This document shows, piece by piece, positions 34,113 through 45,557 of a stretch of DNA of 64,000 nucleotides (its first letter is position 1; each line of letters starts with the position of its first letter). Origin of the DNA: Oopsacas minuta (Eukaryota > Animalia > Porifera). The notes below the pieces were generated by a model that was not told where the DNA came from, did not search any database, and saw only the letters and a list, made by a program, of their open reading frames with translations. Location: positions 1,219,897 through 1,283,896 of the forward strand of contig JAKMXF010000332.1 of assembly GCA_024704765.1 (NCBI GenBank), written 5' to 3'. The position numbers and the translations under genes are program-made.

Positions 34113-37100
34113 TAACTGATGTGAAGTTAGCAGTGCAAAAAGTGAGCACGACATAACTTGTAAATAACTTTTCACTTAGGGTGAATTTCCGGTTCAAATT
34201 TGCATCACAACATAATAAGAGAGGTAGTTTATCTCATTCTAATTTTTAGTCCCTATCTTCAAAGGCCACTTCACAGTGATTTTGCAAAAATGACTAACTT
34301 TCACTATACAAATTCATATACGATTTGAGTTGCATATTTGTAGTACACAGTTAAGTTAGTTACAAAATGCAATTGTCATAGGCTGTTAATTGTTGTCATT
34401 AGTAGTTAATTTTGGACGAATGTTTGACGTATTCATTTTTTTGGTTTCGGTGACTATAGCATAATATTCTGATAAATAAAATATATACATATAGTTAATA
34501 GTTCCTACGATTATTCTTCGGTAATTTTGATAATATTGTTCACGTCCATAACATTTCAGTTTTGCATTTACTAATGGGGGTTGATCTTTGTACATGGCGC
34601 AACCACATTGGCATATTCAATTCTCGGAAATCTGTAAAATCAAGATGCTGCAAAATGATAGATATTCCTGGATATGTTATATGCAACATTTTGATCTACA
34701 TCTTAACAATTCTATCTCTATTCCTTATTATTTGCGGAGATGTAGAAGTGAACCCAGGACCAAGATATATTGGTTAGTTATTTTACAAATACTACATACG
34801 TATTATTATTGATGTTTCATACTAAGCATTGATATATTTGATCCAAGAAATTATTATAGAAACTGGTGATGTCAAGCAAGGTAACGAGATTGTCTCAAAG
34901 ATGACCGACGCCTTATCCAAGTTAACTAGATATGGTTCATTCTTCTGAACAATTTCGAATTGATTAATACACGAAATCGGCGAGATGCCTCTTCTATCTG
35001 GGGTAAGCTGGGAAAAGTGTTTATAGAAGAAATCGCTTGAAACTAGGAGCGATACTTATGAACATCTGGCGAAACAAGAACTGGAATATAAAATCTCAGG
35101 TAACACAAGCATTGGCACTACCAAAAGACAAATTTACTCTTCCTATCAGTATCAAAATTTCTGAATTGCCAGATATTCGTAATCATAACGTGCTTTTCTC
35201 CCATTCTGATAGTTCACTAGAATCAGTCATTAGCTCAATTTTTAGCATTGAATCCACTGATCAGGTATTTAGTAAAATGCACATAGTTCAGTCGACAAAT
35301 CGAGGTGAATTTGGATTGACAGGCCAAGAATAGTTCAGAATTTTTCCAAATTTTTCAGGAAGTGCTCTAAAGTCAGAATGGACAACCTTATTTAATGAGA
35401 AAATTTCCTTTTACTACCCATTTTGTGTTCTAAAATTTTTGTGCCATCGAATAAAGAAAAGCTATTCAAAACATGGATGTGCTTTTCTAATTGCTGCAGC
35501 AGCTTGCAAATTTAGCAATTGTATCACTTTCAAATTTGAAATGGAAACACCGAAACAAAGGCAAGCAATCTTATCTCGTTAATTATACTGCTACTGGACC
35601 AATCTCTCTAGAACATTCATCCAATTTAATTTCGCACAGCAGACATTTATCAGGAGACAGAAGAGAAGCCACTGCAAAACAACTTGAACTTTCCAGTCCT
35701 TCTAATCTTCATTATTCCCTCTTTGTTGATTCCCGAAATTTATCCGTTGCCAAAAAAGGAAACTTCAATTATTTACACTCGACCGATGTCATTAGAAAGG
35801 TCAAGTCGCAGCACTTTGAAAAATCCCGATTCAATAATGATATGTTGGCAGGACATCATTAGCACCCAAATGTCATATATAAGCACAATCATAGGGAATT
35901 CTCTTAACGGCTACATTCAATTCATAAGTCATTCTCCATTCATCATTCATTTGTATAGTGAAGAACAGATAATGTAGTTAAAAAAATTGGAAAAAGAATC
36001 TCTTATATTTCATTTAGAGGCCACTAGTTCAGTTTTCAGGAAATTAGATCATTTGAGAAAAAGAATCTTCTATTACGCTCCCTCAGTAAAGCATCCTCTA
36101 TCACATGTAAGCCCAATACCACTTTGCTGAGATGGTATCTAGCGAGCAGACAAACATAGAAATTTCACATTTGCTTAACCGATGGTTATATGACGTAAAG
36201 AATCTGACGAGTAGTGAGATATTACCAAATAAAGTTGAAGTAGACTTAGTTGGGCCATGCTACACGGTGTCTGCAATGCCTTTAACAAACAAAACTTAGA
36301 ATGGTATTTAAATACATGTTGGGAAACTATTCACAAGAGTAATTCTACTAATGCAATAAAAGTAATCATTCACATATGCTCGGCACACATAATGAATCGG
36401 TTTAGCTATAAACTAAGTTCTAAGTTCAGGATGGGTAAACAGAGGAAACAAAAGATCGCGTTCATAATGGCTCGAATGACTAGTTGTACAACGATGGATG
36501 AAATGAATCAGTTATTTGTCGCATTGAGTATAGTATGTTTATCAAAAAAGATCTATCCAAAATTGAAGAATTTTTTAATAAGCTTAACACCTCTATTTGT
36601 CTTGATAAGGAGCTCGATTTTGATCTCGAAAGTATCATTAAACTAGATGAATCATTACCCAATGAAATGGGAGATAGCAAAACATTGAAATCAAGATCTC
36701 CATTTGGTATACATTTCAGAATGAATTAATGAACTGCAAGCGGCTTGTTGGTATATTTGAAATGGAAGAACAGAATGAAAGCACTCCTAAAAACAACTAC
36801 TACTTTCCAGATTTACCATCATTTCTTGTAACTCATTACATGCCAGTTTGTCCCCTCTGATCAGGTCTTATACTAGGCCATGCAATTGTAGAAAACTGGA
36901 TGAGAATTGTAAAGATAACCATTTTACAGAAAGAATGCAAACTAAGACCGGGGGATTTAATTCGCAAATTAAGGGAAGGTATTGCGGTAGAATAAAGGCA
37001 TTCAATCCATTGAGCCTTAAAGTTCTCAAGAGACAAAAATCACAACAACCAAGAGATCAAGAACAAAAATTGATGAAATGTGGAAGAAGAAGAAACTAAG

Positions 37101-37517
37101 ACAAAATACTTCAAACCAGGAAAGCCAATGAACTCTAACAAACATACTTCCCTGAAAAAGTTCAAGAATCCAAGACACGGGAAACTTAGTCATTTGCCTT
37201 CCATAATGGTCACTAGCCCTCAGCTCAACTCAAAGACAATAACATTGTACAGTGATTTGTCTAATTATGATTCTATTCCAGATGAAACTCTCTCTATAGT
37301 AGATGTTAAATCTTATTATCATGGAGAATTTAAGACCGTAACTTTTTGCAAAGTCACTGTGAAGTGGCCTTTGAAGATAGGGACTAAAAATTGGAATGAG
37401 ATAAACTACCTCTCTCATTATGTTGTGATGCAAATTTGAACTGAAAATTCACCCTAAATGAAAAGTTATTTACAAGTTATGTCGTGCTCACTTTTTGCAC
37501 TGCTAACTTCACATCCA
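34113..37517 (+). mobile_element. NOF-like Mutator/Foldback element 'copy c' with a 2A-like leader
   Basis: ~175-bp TIRs (34116-34290 / 37343-37517), TSD TACAAATT; frameshifted ORF with YIQFISHSPFIIHLYSEEQI, HLEATSS, EVD[F]SWAM, ICSAH, NAIVENWMR. Confidence 0.8.
34574..34777 (+). other. 2A/StopGo-like peptide leader
   Basis: MGVDLCTWRNHIGIFN...ILSLFLIICGDVEVNPGP; motif at 34736-34762 fits D(V/I)ExNPGP preceded by a hydrophobic tract. Confidence 0.85.
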
Positions 37518-38099
37518 TACAAATTAAAATGTAGAAAATTGGATGAAATTGTTAAATACAATATATTAAATAGAAACGAAATTAAGACCTGGTGACTTTT
37601 TAAGGAGAATATAAAAAGTAATTTCTGGTAAAATTAAAGGATTTGATTTTGCCTTCACACCTCTTAGCAGTAAAGTACTAAGGAGAACAAAAATAGATAG
37701 GGAAAGTCATAATACACAAATAGAAGAAATTTGAGAAAGACGAAGAAAAAGGTAGAGTTATTTCAACAAATGACAATTGTCTAAGACTAATTATAATGAA
37801 ACAGGAGCGAGAAAAAGAAAAGGGTACTTAAACTTAAGGAAAAGAAGAAAGTAATAGGGGGGAAAGTTGAAAAATAAAAGTAAATCAGAGACTATTCCAC
37901 ATGATGTTCATAGTGAGGAGTGTATTTTGGATCAATCATCAGAAGATGTTGTATTTTATGATCATGGAAAATTTATTCATGTTGATTCTGATTGGCAACA
38001 TTAAAAATGCAAAGAATTGATGTTTACATATGTAAGTGGAGTGATTTATGAAAATTAAGCTTTTGATAAAACTTGACAAATTCGTAAGTTAGGTCCATC

Positions 38100-38530
38100 A
38101 AAGTAAAAAAGAAATTCCCCTGATGGAAATTGTCTCTTTAGTTCACTATCATACATTATTACGGTTCAGGCCATTACTATAAAGAAATTAGAGAGTTGTT
38201 AATAACGAATATGAAAAATGAATATCGAAACCAATGTACCAACTATAGCACATCACATTATGAATTGCTTCCTGAGCATAATTGTACTACAATAGATGAT
38301 ATATCGGTAGGTATGATGGATCGAGTAGGGTCGTAACTGACCTAGGACTGTTTCTAGCAGTGCAACTCCTTAAAATCGACATTTTCCTATTTAAAGATAT
38401 AGATCGTTGTTGAAACAAATTTACAGGCTATGGATTCAACGACAGACACAATGTGCATCCATAAACTGACAAGAGGTTGTATTTGCGTTTATATTTCAGT
38501 CAGTTTCAACCAGTTACAAAAGTAAATACA
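38100..38530 (+). pseudogene. OTU cysteine-protease (deubiquitinase-like) domain
   Basis: SPDGNCLFSSLSYII (Cys codon 38131), TDLGLFLAVQLLKIDIF, LYLRLYFSQFQPV (expected catalytic His reads Gln); two frameshifts and stops. Confidence 0.8.
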
Positions 38531-38784
38531 TTGGAGGGCGTGATAACTGATAGTTATGTTTAAGAAATTGATAAAGCACAATGATATTCAAATAAAGAAA
38601 AGAAATAGTTAAGTATGGAGATTAGATTCAAGTAGCGAATTACAGCAAAATTTAGTTAAATCTATAGATATACGTATACTAGATTATATATACAAAATTA
38701 AGTGCTGGCAAAGTAGTGGTAATTCTATCTCTATGCGACTACCAGTGTGATCGTAGGCAAGAAAATAAACTATTAGATCATATA

Positions 38785-39689
38785 CAGTCAATGGACAAAA
38801 GTATTCGACCACACAAATATATTGTCATAAATTGTATACTCTTTCCCGCTCCTATATATTGTGTAGTCTATATTCGTAGCTGCAATCTAGTAATTTGCAT
38901 AGAATAACGTATGTTTCCGAGTATTTCAAAAAAATATTTTCGATTTACACATTTTGAAGGTGTTAATTATTAATAATCATTTGATAATTATTGATAATCA
39001 AAATATGTGGTAATTCAAAACCTATTAAGAATCTGTAATTTCTGACTTGATATTTGAATTCTACGTAGGCGAGTTACCCTAGATTTAAATTTCTAATGAG
39101 ATTGAACAATTTTTACCAAAGTTATAGAAGAATTTCAATTTGTGCCACTTGAGCCACTTCTTGAAAAAAGTGGCACAGGTGGCAGGAAAAAGCGCCACTA
39201 TGAGGAAATCAACTAGGGTTAGGAGGAATAAGTCAAAGTAATATTTTCGAATGATATGACTATGCTAACCCTTGAATTACAAAATAACCTCTGGGTAACG
39301 ACCACTTGTGCCACCTTGGGCAAAAGGTGGCACAAATTGAAATCTTCTATAACTTTGGTAAAAATTGTTCAATCTCATTGGAAATTTAAATCTAGGGTAA
39401 CTCGCCTACGTAGAATTCAAATATCAAGTCAGAAATTACAGATTCTTAATAGGTTTTGAATTACCACATAATTTGATTATCAATAATTATCAAATAATTA
39501 TTAATAATTAACACCTTCAAAAAGTGTAAATCGAAAATATTTTTTGAAATTCTCGAAAAACACATGTTATTCTATGCAAATTACTAGATTGCAGCTACGA
39601 ATATAGACTACACAATATATAGGAGCGGGAAAGAGTATACAATTTGTGACAATATATTTGTGTGGTCGAATACTTTTGTCCCCTGACTG
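38785..39689. mobile_element. Tc1-type long-TIR MITE (905 bp)
   Basis: TA|cagtcaatggacaaaagtattcgacc ... ggtcgaatacttttgtcccctgactg|TA; ~365-bp near-identical TIRs, non-coding centre. Confidence 0.92.
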
Positions 39690-39844
39690 TATAATATATA
39701 TATATGACATAAACCTCCTAGGCTAGAATTGATATAATCCAAATGGTATCTCTTTAACTTCACTGGTCACATAATTATAACGTGATAAAATGTGCTCGAT
39801 TTATTTCGCTGCCAACTTCACACTCATCCTGTAAGTAAGGACTT

Positions 39845-40035
39845 TAAGCGCTCTAACTCGGGTCCTGAAACTTGGGTCCATTGGAATACATTTGAAATTT
39901 TGCATTCAGGAATTCATGAAATATATTCTATAAATATATCAACATATATTTTGGCAAGAACATGGCACATTTAAAATATAAAACTTCAAATTAATTCTAA
40001 TACACTCAAGTTTTAGGACCCGAGTTCGAGCGACT
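39845..40035. repeat. Small inverted-repeat element
   Basis: cgctctaactcgggtcctgaaacttg / caagttttaggacccgagttcgagcg. Confidence 0.55.
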
Positions 40036-40219
40036 ATAGTCGATTTTAAAGGAGTCTAACGGGAGTCCCTAAACGTCTATTATGTTTTGAAAATAGGCCC
40101 CCATGGAACTTAGGCTTCAAAACATAACAATTTGATATACAATTTATAGTGCAGCTCATATAGGCAGATGCCCTAATGCCATGAACAATGCGCGAGGTCC
40201 GTCCGGGGATGAATTTGTT

Positions 40220-40720
40220 CTAAAATGAATATTTCACACCTTTTTGGGTAATTAATCATATCTTCACACCTTTCTATGCAAAATACAAAAGCAAGCTAGA
40301 GATTAGGTTTCAACAGGTTGTCAGGGGTAATTGGGTGAGTAGAGTCCGATTTCGAGAATTTCAGAGTCTGAAAGTTAAAATTCACAGATTTATCACATGA
40401 ATAATTATATTTTCACACCTTTTTGCATATTTTTCAAAATCATGCTAGTAAGGGGTCATCGAGTATGACAATTTCAAATTGAAGTTTGTAAATCTATATA
40501 TAAATGATTTATCATATGATTAACCATATTTCACACTTTATAGTCTGTTTTCCAATCATACTAGAGATTTCGGTTTAACTGTTATTCAGCGGTAATCGAG
40601 TATGTAGATTCTAAATTTGACATTTTCAAATCTATATTTACATGGTTTATCGTGTTTTCACAACTTTTGCACATATTTCTAATTGATGCTAGAGATTTCG
40701 TTTCAAAGTTAGATTCGGAA
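40220..40720 (+). repeat. Degenerate tandem array (~150-bp units)
   Basis: Recurring atatttcacacc(t)ttt...gctagagatt...atcgagtatg blocks. Confidence 0.55.
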
Positions 40721-43099
40721 TGTTATCAATAGGATTTGAGCATATTACATGAAGGGGACGAATAATATTGAATATCCCGAAATATTTATCATATCCAGGA
40801 GCCCAAAATCAGTCGGATCCGGTGAATTGCGGCATTTACACGGGGGGGGGGCAGGATGGTCATGCCCCCCTGAAAAGAACAAAATACTCTACCCTGAGGT
40901 GCAAAACCAGTCTGTCAGGCTGGTCATTTTGTCTTTTTGCATGGAAATCGATTTCAAAAATATTCCCATTGAATTCTAAGTTAAATATACGTGTTTTGAT
41001 ACCGGATTTCCATGTGCCCATATTTTCCAAACATAATTGAAGTATAGGGACGCCGTGACATATATGATATAACTATCAAACAAATAAAAAGTTTCTAAGT
41101 AAATATAAAATTTCTACATTCCGATAAATTAATATTCAACATTTTTCTGAATATATTTTTCAACAATCCTCTTTGAATAAAAATGGATTGCAACTGGTAT
41201 AATAATATTGTTGCATTTTTGACGACTGGTAAGTAGTGAGGCCCGACTAATACCGACTTTGATATTTGGACTACACAAACATCACCAAAAAATTTGGACT
41301 AATGCATACATACGAATTAGGACTAACGACGCGTCCCCATGAGAGGAAAGGTACAACCTCGTGTCGCTATTAACTTTTGTCCCCAATAACTTATGCCCAT
41401 ACCATCAAATACGCTATGGCATACTCTGGCGATTGAATTTGCTGTTACAACTTGCATAAATTCAAAAAAATGTTGACAATCAACATTTTATTTGAATTTC
41501 TTATGTCTAAAACAAAGAGACAACATACGATAGTCTTATCCATAGTCCGGTAATATATTGTAATATCGCAAAGATTGTCAGAATTATAGATTTTTGGCAG
41601 ATTTTTAAGATGCGACATCGATGCCCAACCTCTCACACTTGGACGCCCAATACTAATATTAAAACATTCTTAAGACCCAGCCTAAATGCTGTATACAATT
41701 TTGAGATCCTGTGGACCAGTGTTCCCTCAAACTTTTGGTGGGAAGGATATCTGACTGGGGGCGTTGTCACAATTCAGAGGGTTACAACCGAAATCTTGGT
41801 GATGCTAACAAAATGTGATAAATTCGGGACATAATGTTTCTATATCCGGCATGGAATGTTCTTATATGCGGTAAAATTCAATGGAGTAACATTCAAAAGA
41901 TTCGGTAATTCTAGTTATAGTTCCTTTAACTTGTGTTCTTATATCCGGCATCTACTGCATGAGTGTATATATATATTCAATTGGTATTCCTCTAGTGAAA
42001 GTGAACATATTTTGACAGTCCGTAGGTGCTCTAATTAACGAGTATCGAGGTTCTAATCTATAAACAACTTCAAACGACGTGAAGAAAATATTGTACTTCA
42101 GCAGACATAACTTACAAAAAAGCAGGAGATTACAATACCGCTTTTTGCTACGTTCCCCCAACTTCCGACTACCCTGACTACTAATCAAACTTATCAACAA
42201 CAAAAGGCAAACTAAGTAGTGTAGACAGAGGTGGTACAAGCGGCACATCTGGGCAAAGTGTCAGTCGCCACCTGTGCGTAGACAAAAGTCTGCTAAGGAT
42301 AGGTCTCTGCAATAACACAATAACTACAGGATAGATGTTGTGATTGTAGACGGTCAAATGTTTGCAGTTTTACTCAAATATTTGGGGGGTGACAGGCCTC
42401 CTAGGTACTACGCCCATGGTTACAAACAATGGGGTGTATCTTGTCACCTTAGTTATAAATTATGTAGGTGTCAAAATCGCGGTAATAATTCAGACAGAAT
42501 ATATGAAAATATTTGTATTTATGCATATTTTGAAATAATATTGCAAAATGTAAAATGACTGAATATTTTGTTGTTTTGCACTTTTAATTATTTGTGTTGA
42601 GTCTATTATATTGGCACTGATCTAAAAATATATGTCCCCATCATTTTAAGACTATTTATTTACATTTTAGATCTCTTCCTTTAGTCATACTTGCAAACTG
42701 TTCCAGTTTTAGGCGGGAATCCATGTTTGGATATATGTTGAGGCTATTGTCCCGCCAAAACTTGCCTAAAACCTTAATTGTCCCGCCTTTTTGTAGTCAT
42801 GTCTTATCCAAATATGCTACATACTGCGAGTTCACGCAATTTCTGAATAACTTCATATGAGAATATTTACGCGGGAAATTTCTTAGAAAACATGAATTAA
42901 GACATAAATTAAACAAATAATGATTTGTAAAAATATATAAATAGAATATGTGTATATAGAATTAATCATAAATTAGTTTCAATTTCGATTGATTTGGAAT
43001 TATCATTATTTGGTATTATTCATACGCATCCTATAAGAGATTCCGTATATATAGCTGAGCTATAGTATAGTACAGTATTTTGCAATACAAAAATAAACT

Positions 43100-45140
43100 G
43101 TGTCTAGTAATCCTCCTACTGGGCTCAATAGGACAGGTCTCAGAGCAGTATTCGATTGTTATGACGTGTGCAACATAAGGACTAGCCCTACGTGGACACA
43201 GGGACGAAAAAGATACCTCTTATCTGGAACCTTGCTCTTCTGGTATCGAGTTTCAACGACGAATCCAAAACATTTTTTTCGAGTGCACGAATAATATTTA
43301 TAAGTCCTGAAATTTAAAATGAAATAATACAAATGATGAGAGAGAAAATGACCAAATACTTCATTACGCTCATCAAACAAGAATCCACAGCTGGGGAAGC
43401 AAAGAAGCATGGTCGTTTCTTTTATTCTGTCATAATGGACGAGATGCAGGATATCAGGAGGCGTGAGCAAGTTAGTGTGTGCGTCCACCACGTTGACGCG
43501 GATATGAGGTTAATAGAGACGTTTTTGGCTTCTTTCATACAAATACCACAGACGCTGATTCCGTATTAACTATTCTTAAGAATGCCTTACTGGTATTGAC
43601 TGGTATTACCATTTGATGCGATGAGGGGGCAGGGATATGATGGAGCAGCTAATATGTATGGACGCCACAATGGTCTCCCAGCCAAGGTTCGTGCTGAGAA
43701 CGCTAAAGCGTTATGGGTATAATATTTTGGGCATAACATGAATCTGATGGTTCAAGACAGCATGAAATCTGTGTGAGAGTTGGAAAACCCGTTGGAGAAG
43801 GTATATGCAGTAATCAACTTCATAAAAACCTCTCCCAAAAGATAAGAATTGTTTAAAGAGATGGTAGCTGCCGCAGATTTGGAGAACTCCAAACTTGACA
43901 GGCGCGAACTGAGGCCACTTTGTCCAACGAGATGGACAACGGGGCTCTCTAGCATTGAAAGCCTGTTGGCACACTATACTATGGTTCTTAGACTCCTTGA
44001 ATTGCTACAAGATGATAGAACCCTCAAGCCTGAGAAGCGTGCCGAATCATGCTCTTTTCTGCGTTCTCTTCAATCATTCGAGACCTATTTTGGTATTGTG
44101 CTATTCGAGAAGATATTGTCCCTAACAAACCCTATCCACACCATGTGTCAAGGTCGAGAGATGACAGTGGGTGATGTCAGAAAGTTGGTTAACAGCCTCG
44201 TGACTGTTCTTAGTAGTCAAGCTTTCAGTGATGAAAATTCCATGGTTTTCTACCAAGAAGTTAAGAAGCTGCAGGAGGTCTTAGATTAGGCCAACCCCAA
44301 CCTTTCGACTGCGTAGAGCACACCGAAAAGAGGGGAGCTATTTCAATAGATTCAAACACTCAGGAAGTGGATATTCAGATCCAAAAGAGGTATATGTAGA
44401 TATGTACAAAGCAGGTAGGTTGGATGTATATCATGTCGAAGGAATAGTTAGATTTAGCAAAGTATACGTGTAGGTATTCCAAGCGGCAGCATCGGCTCTC
44501 ATTACTCGGTATTCTCAACAAGACCTTCTCGTGGCTGAGCTGCTGAGATTCGGATTGGAGGATAAGAACATGGTTGATAAGGACATAGAAGAGCCGACAA
44601 GATTCTATAATGGTGACGTTCTAGAATTGCCACAACTAAGGTGGGAAAGGCAAGCTTGGTTTAACCGCTGTGATATTGAAGGACTCGAGATTTCCTGGCA
44701 AACTCTGAAGAAAAAACTCAAAGTTGAACCCGGAATGAAGGTCATGTTACCTGGTTTGCACACCGCTCTTGTTTTGTACCTTGTACTCCCTGTGACGACA
44801 TGCGAAGCAGAGAGATCTTTTAGTGTGTTGTGGATGTTGCTAACATACTTTAGGTCAACCAAAGGTCAAGAACGCATGAGTAGCCTTGCGTTTCTAAACA
44901 GTCACTGGGACTTAGTGCGAACAATCCTACCTATAGAAGACCTTATGCAGGAGTTTATTAAACGATCTACAGTTAGGCTAAATATGTTTGAACAAGAAAA
45001 GACTATAATACATGAACGCAGAAAGTAATTTTCGACTCAGAATTATTTATACTTAAATTAATAATACATTACGATACTAATAATATCTCTGAATCGATCG
45101 GTACTTGCGCTGTCAGCCGCTTGTTCTCTGCTCCCCCCAG
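43100..45140 (+). mobile_element. hAT (ZMYM1-like) transposase pseudogene
   Basis: YSVIMDEMQD, RGQGYDGAANM, LCPTRWT, LPVTTCEAERSFS...RST-GQERM; multiple stops and frameshifts; 3' end shared with 26160-26280. Confidence 0.88.
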
Positions 45141-45179
45141 ATTTTCATAAAAATTCGAAATTTCGACTGCTATGCACAG

Positions 45180-45269
45180 TATAGAGTGTAACCTCGATTA
45201 GCCGGAATCGTTTGGACCTGTCAAAAGCTTCCTGAAATCAAATTTCTGGATTATCGGGGTTGCACTGTA
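45180..45269. mobile_element. Tigger/pogo-like mini-MITE
   Basis: gagtgtaacctcgattagccgga ... tggattatcggggttgcactgta. Confidence 0.6.
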
Positions 45270-45557
45270 CTTTCTTACATATAGTGTATTCAGAAAATTA
45301 TAGGCTATCAAAATTCAGGATTTAAGCCCTTTGTCAAGGGCTTGACCCCATACCGGGCCGCCCGCCTGACTCAACTTGGCAGCATTATTTTCCCAACTAA
45401 ATAAGTAAATGAAACTGACCTCCAGCTCCTAGTTAAGTGGACTTTGTCCTTTGACAAATAATAGTAGTAAATCCATAAATTTGACACAAATATATTCTAA
45501 ACAACAGGTCATTTATGCTAATTAAATTAAGCCTTCAAATTAATGTCTGAATCATAA

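Larger units (their letters stand above)
29700..38560 (+). pseudogene. NOF-like (Mutator/Foldback) transposase 'copy b' with C-terminal OTU domain, split by two nested elements
   Basis: Segments 29700-31335, 34044-34112 and 37518-38560 join into one frameshifted gene: EWSNLFTEK, IHICSAH, YMPIC|PLWIGLI, TN-NVENWMK, KLRPGDF, then DGNCLFSSLS...FQPV. The DATG/DFSW core is deleted. Confidence 0.75.
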
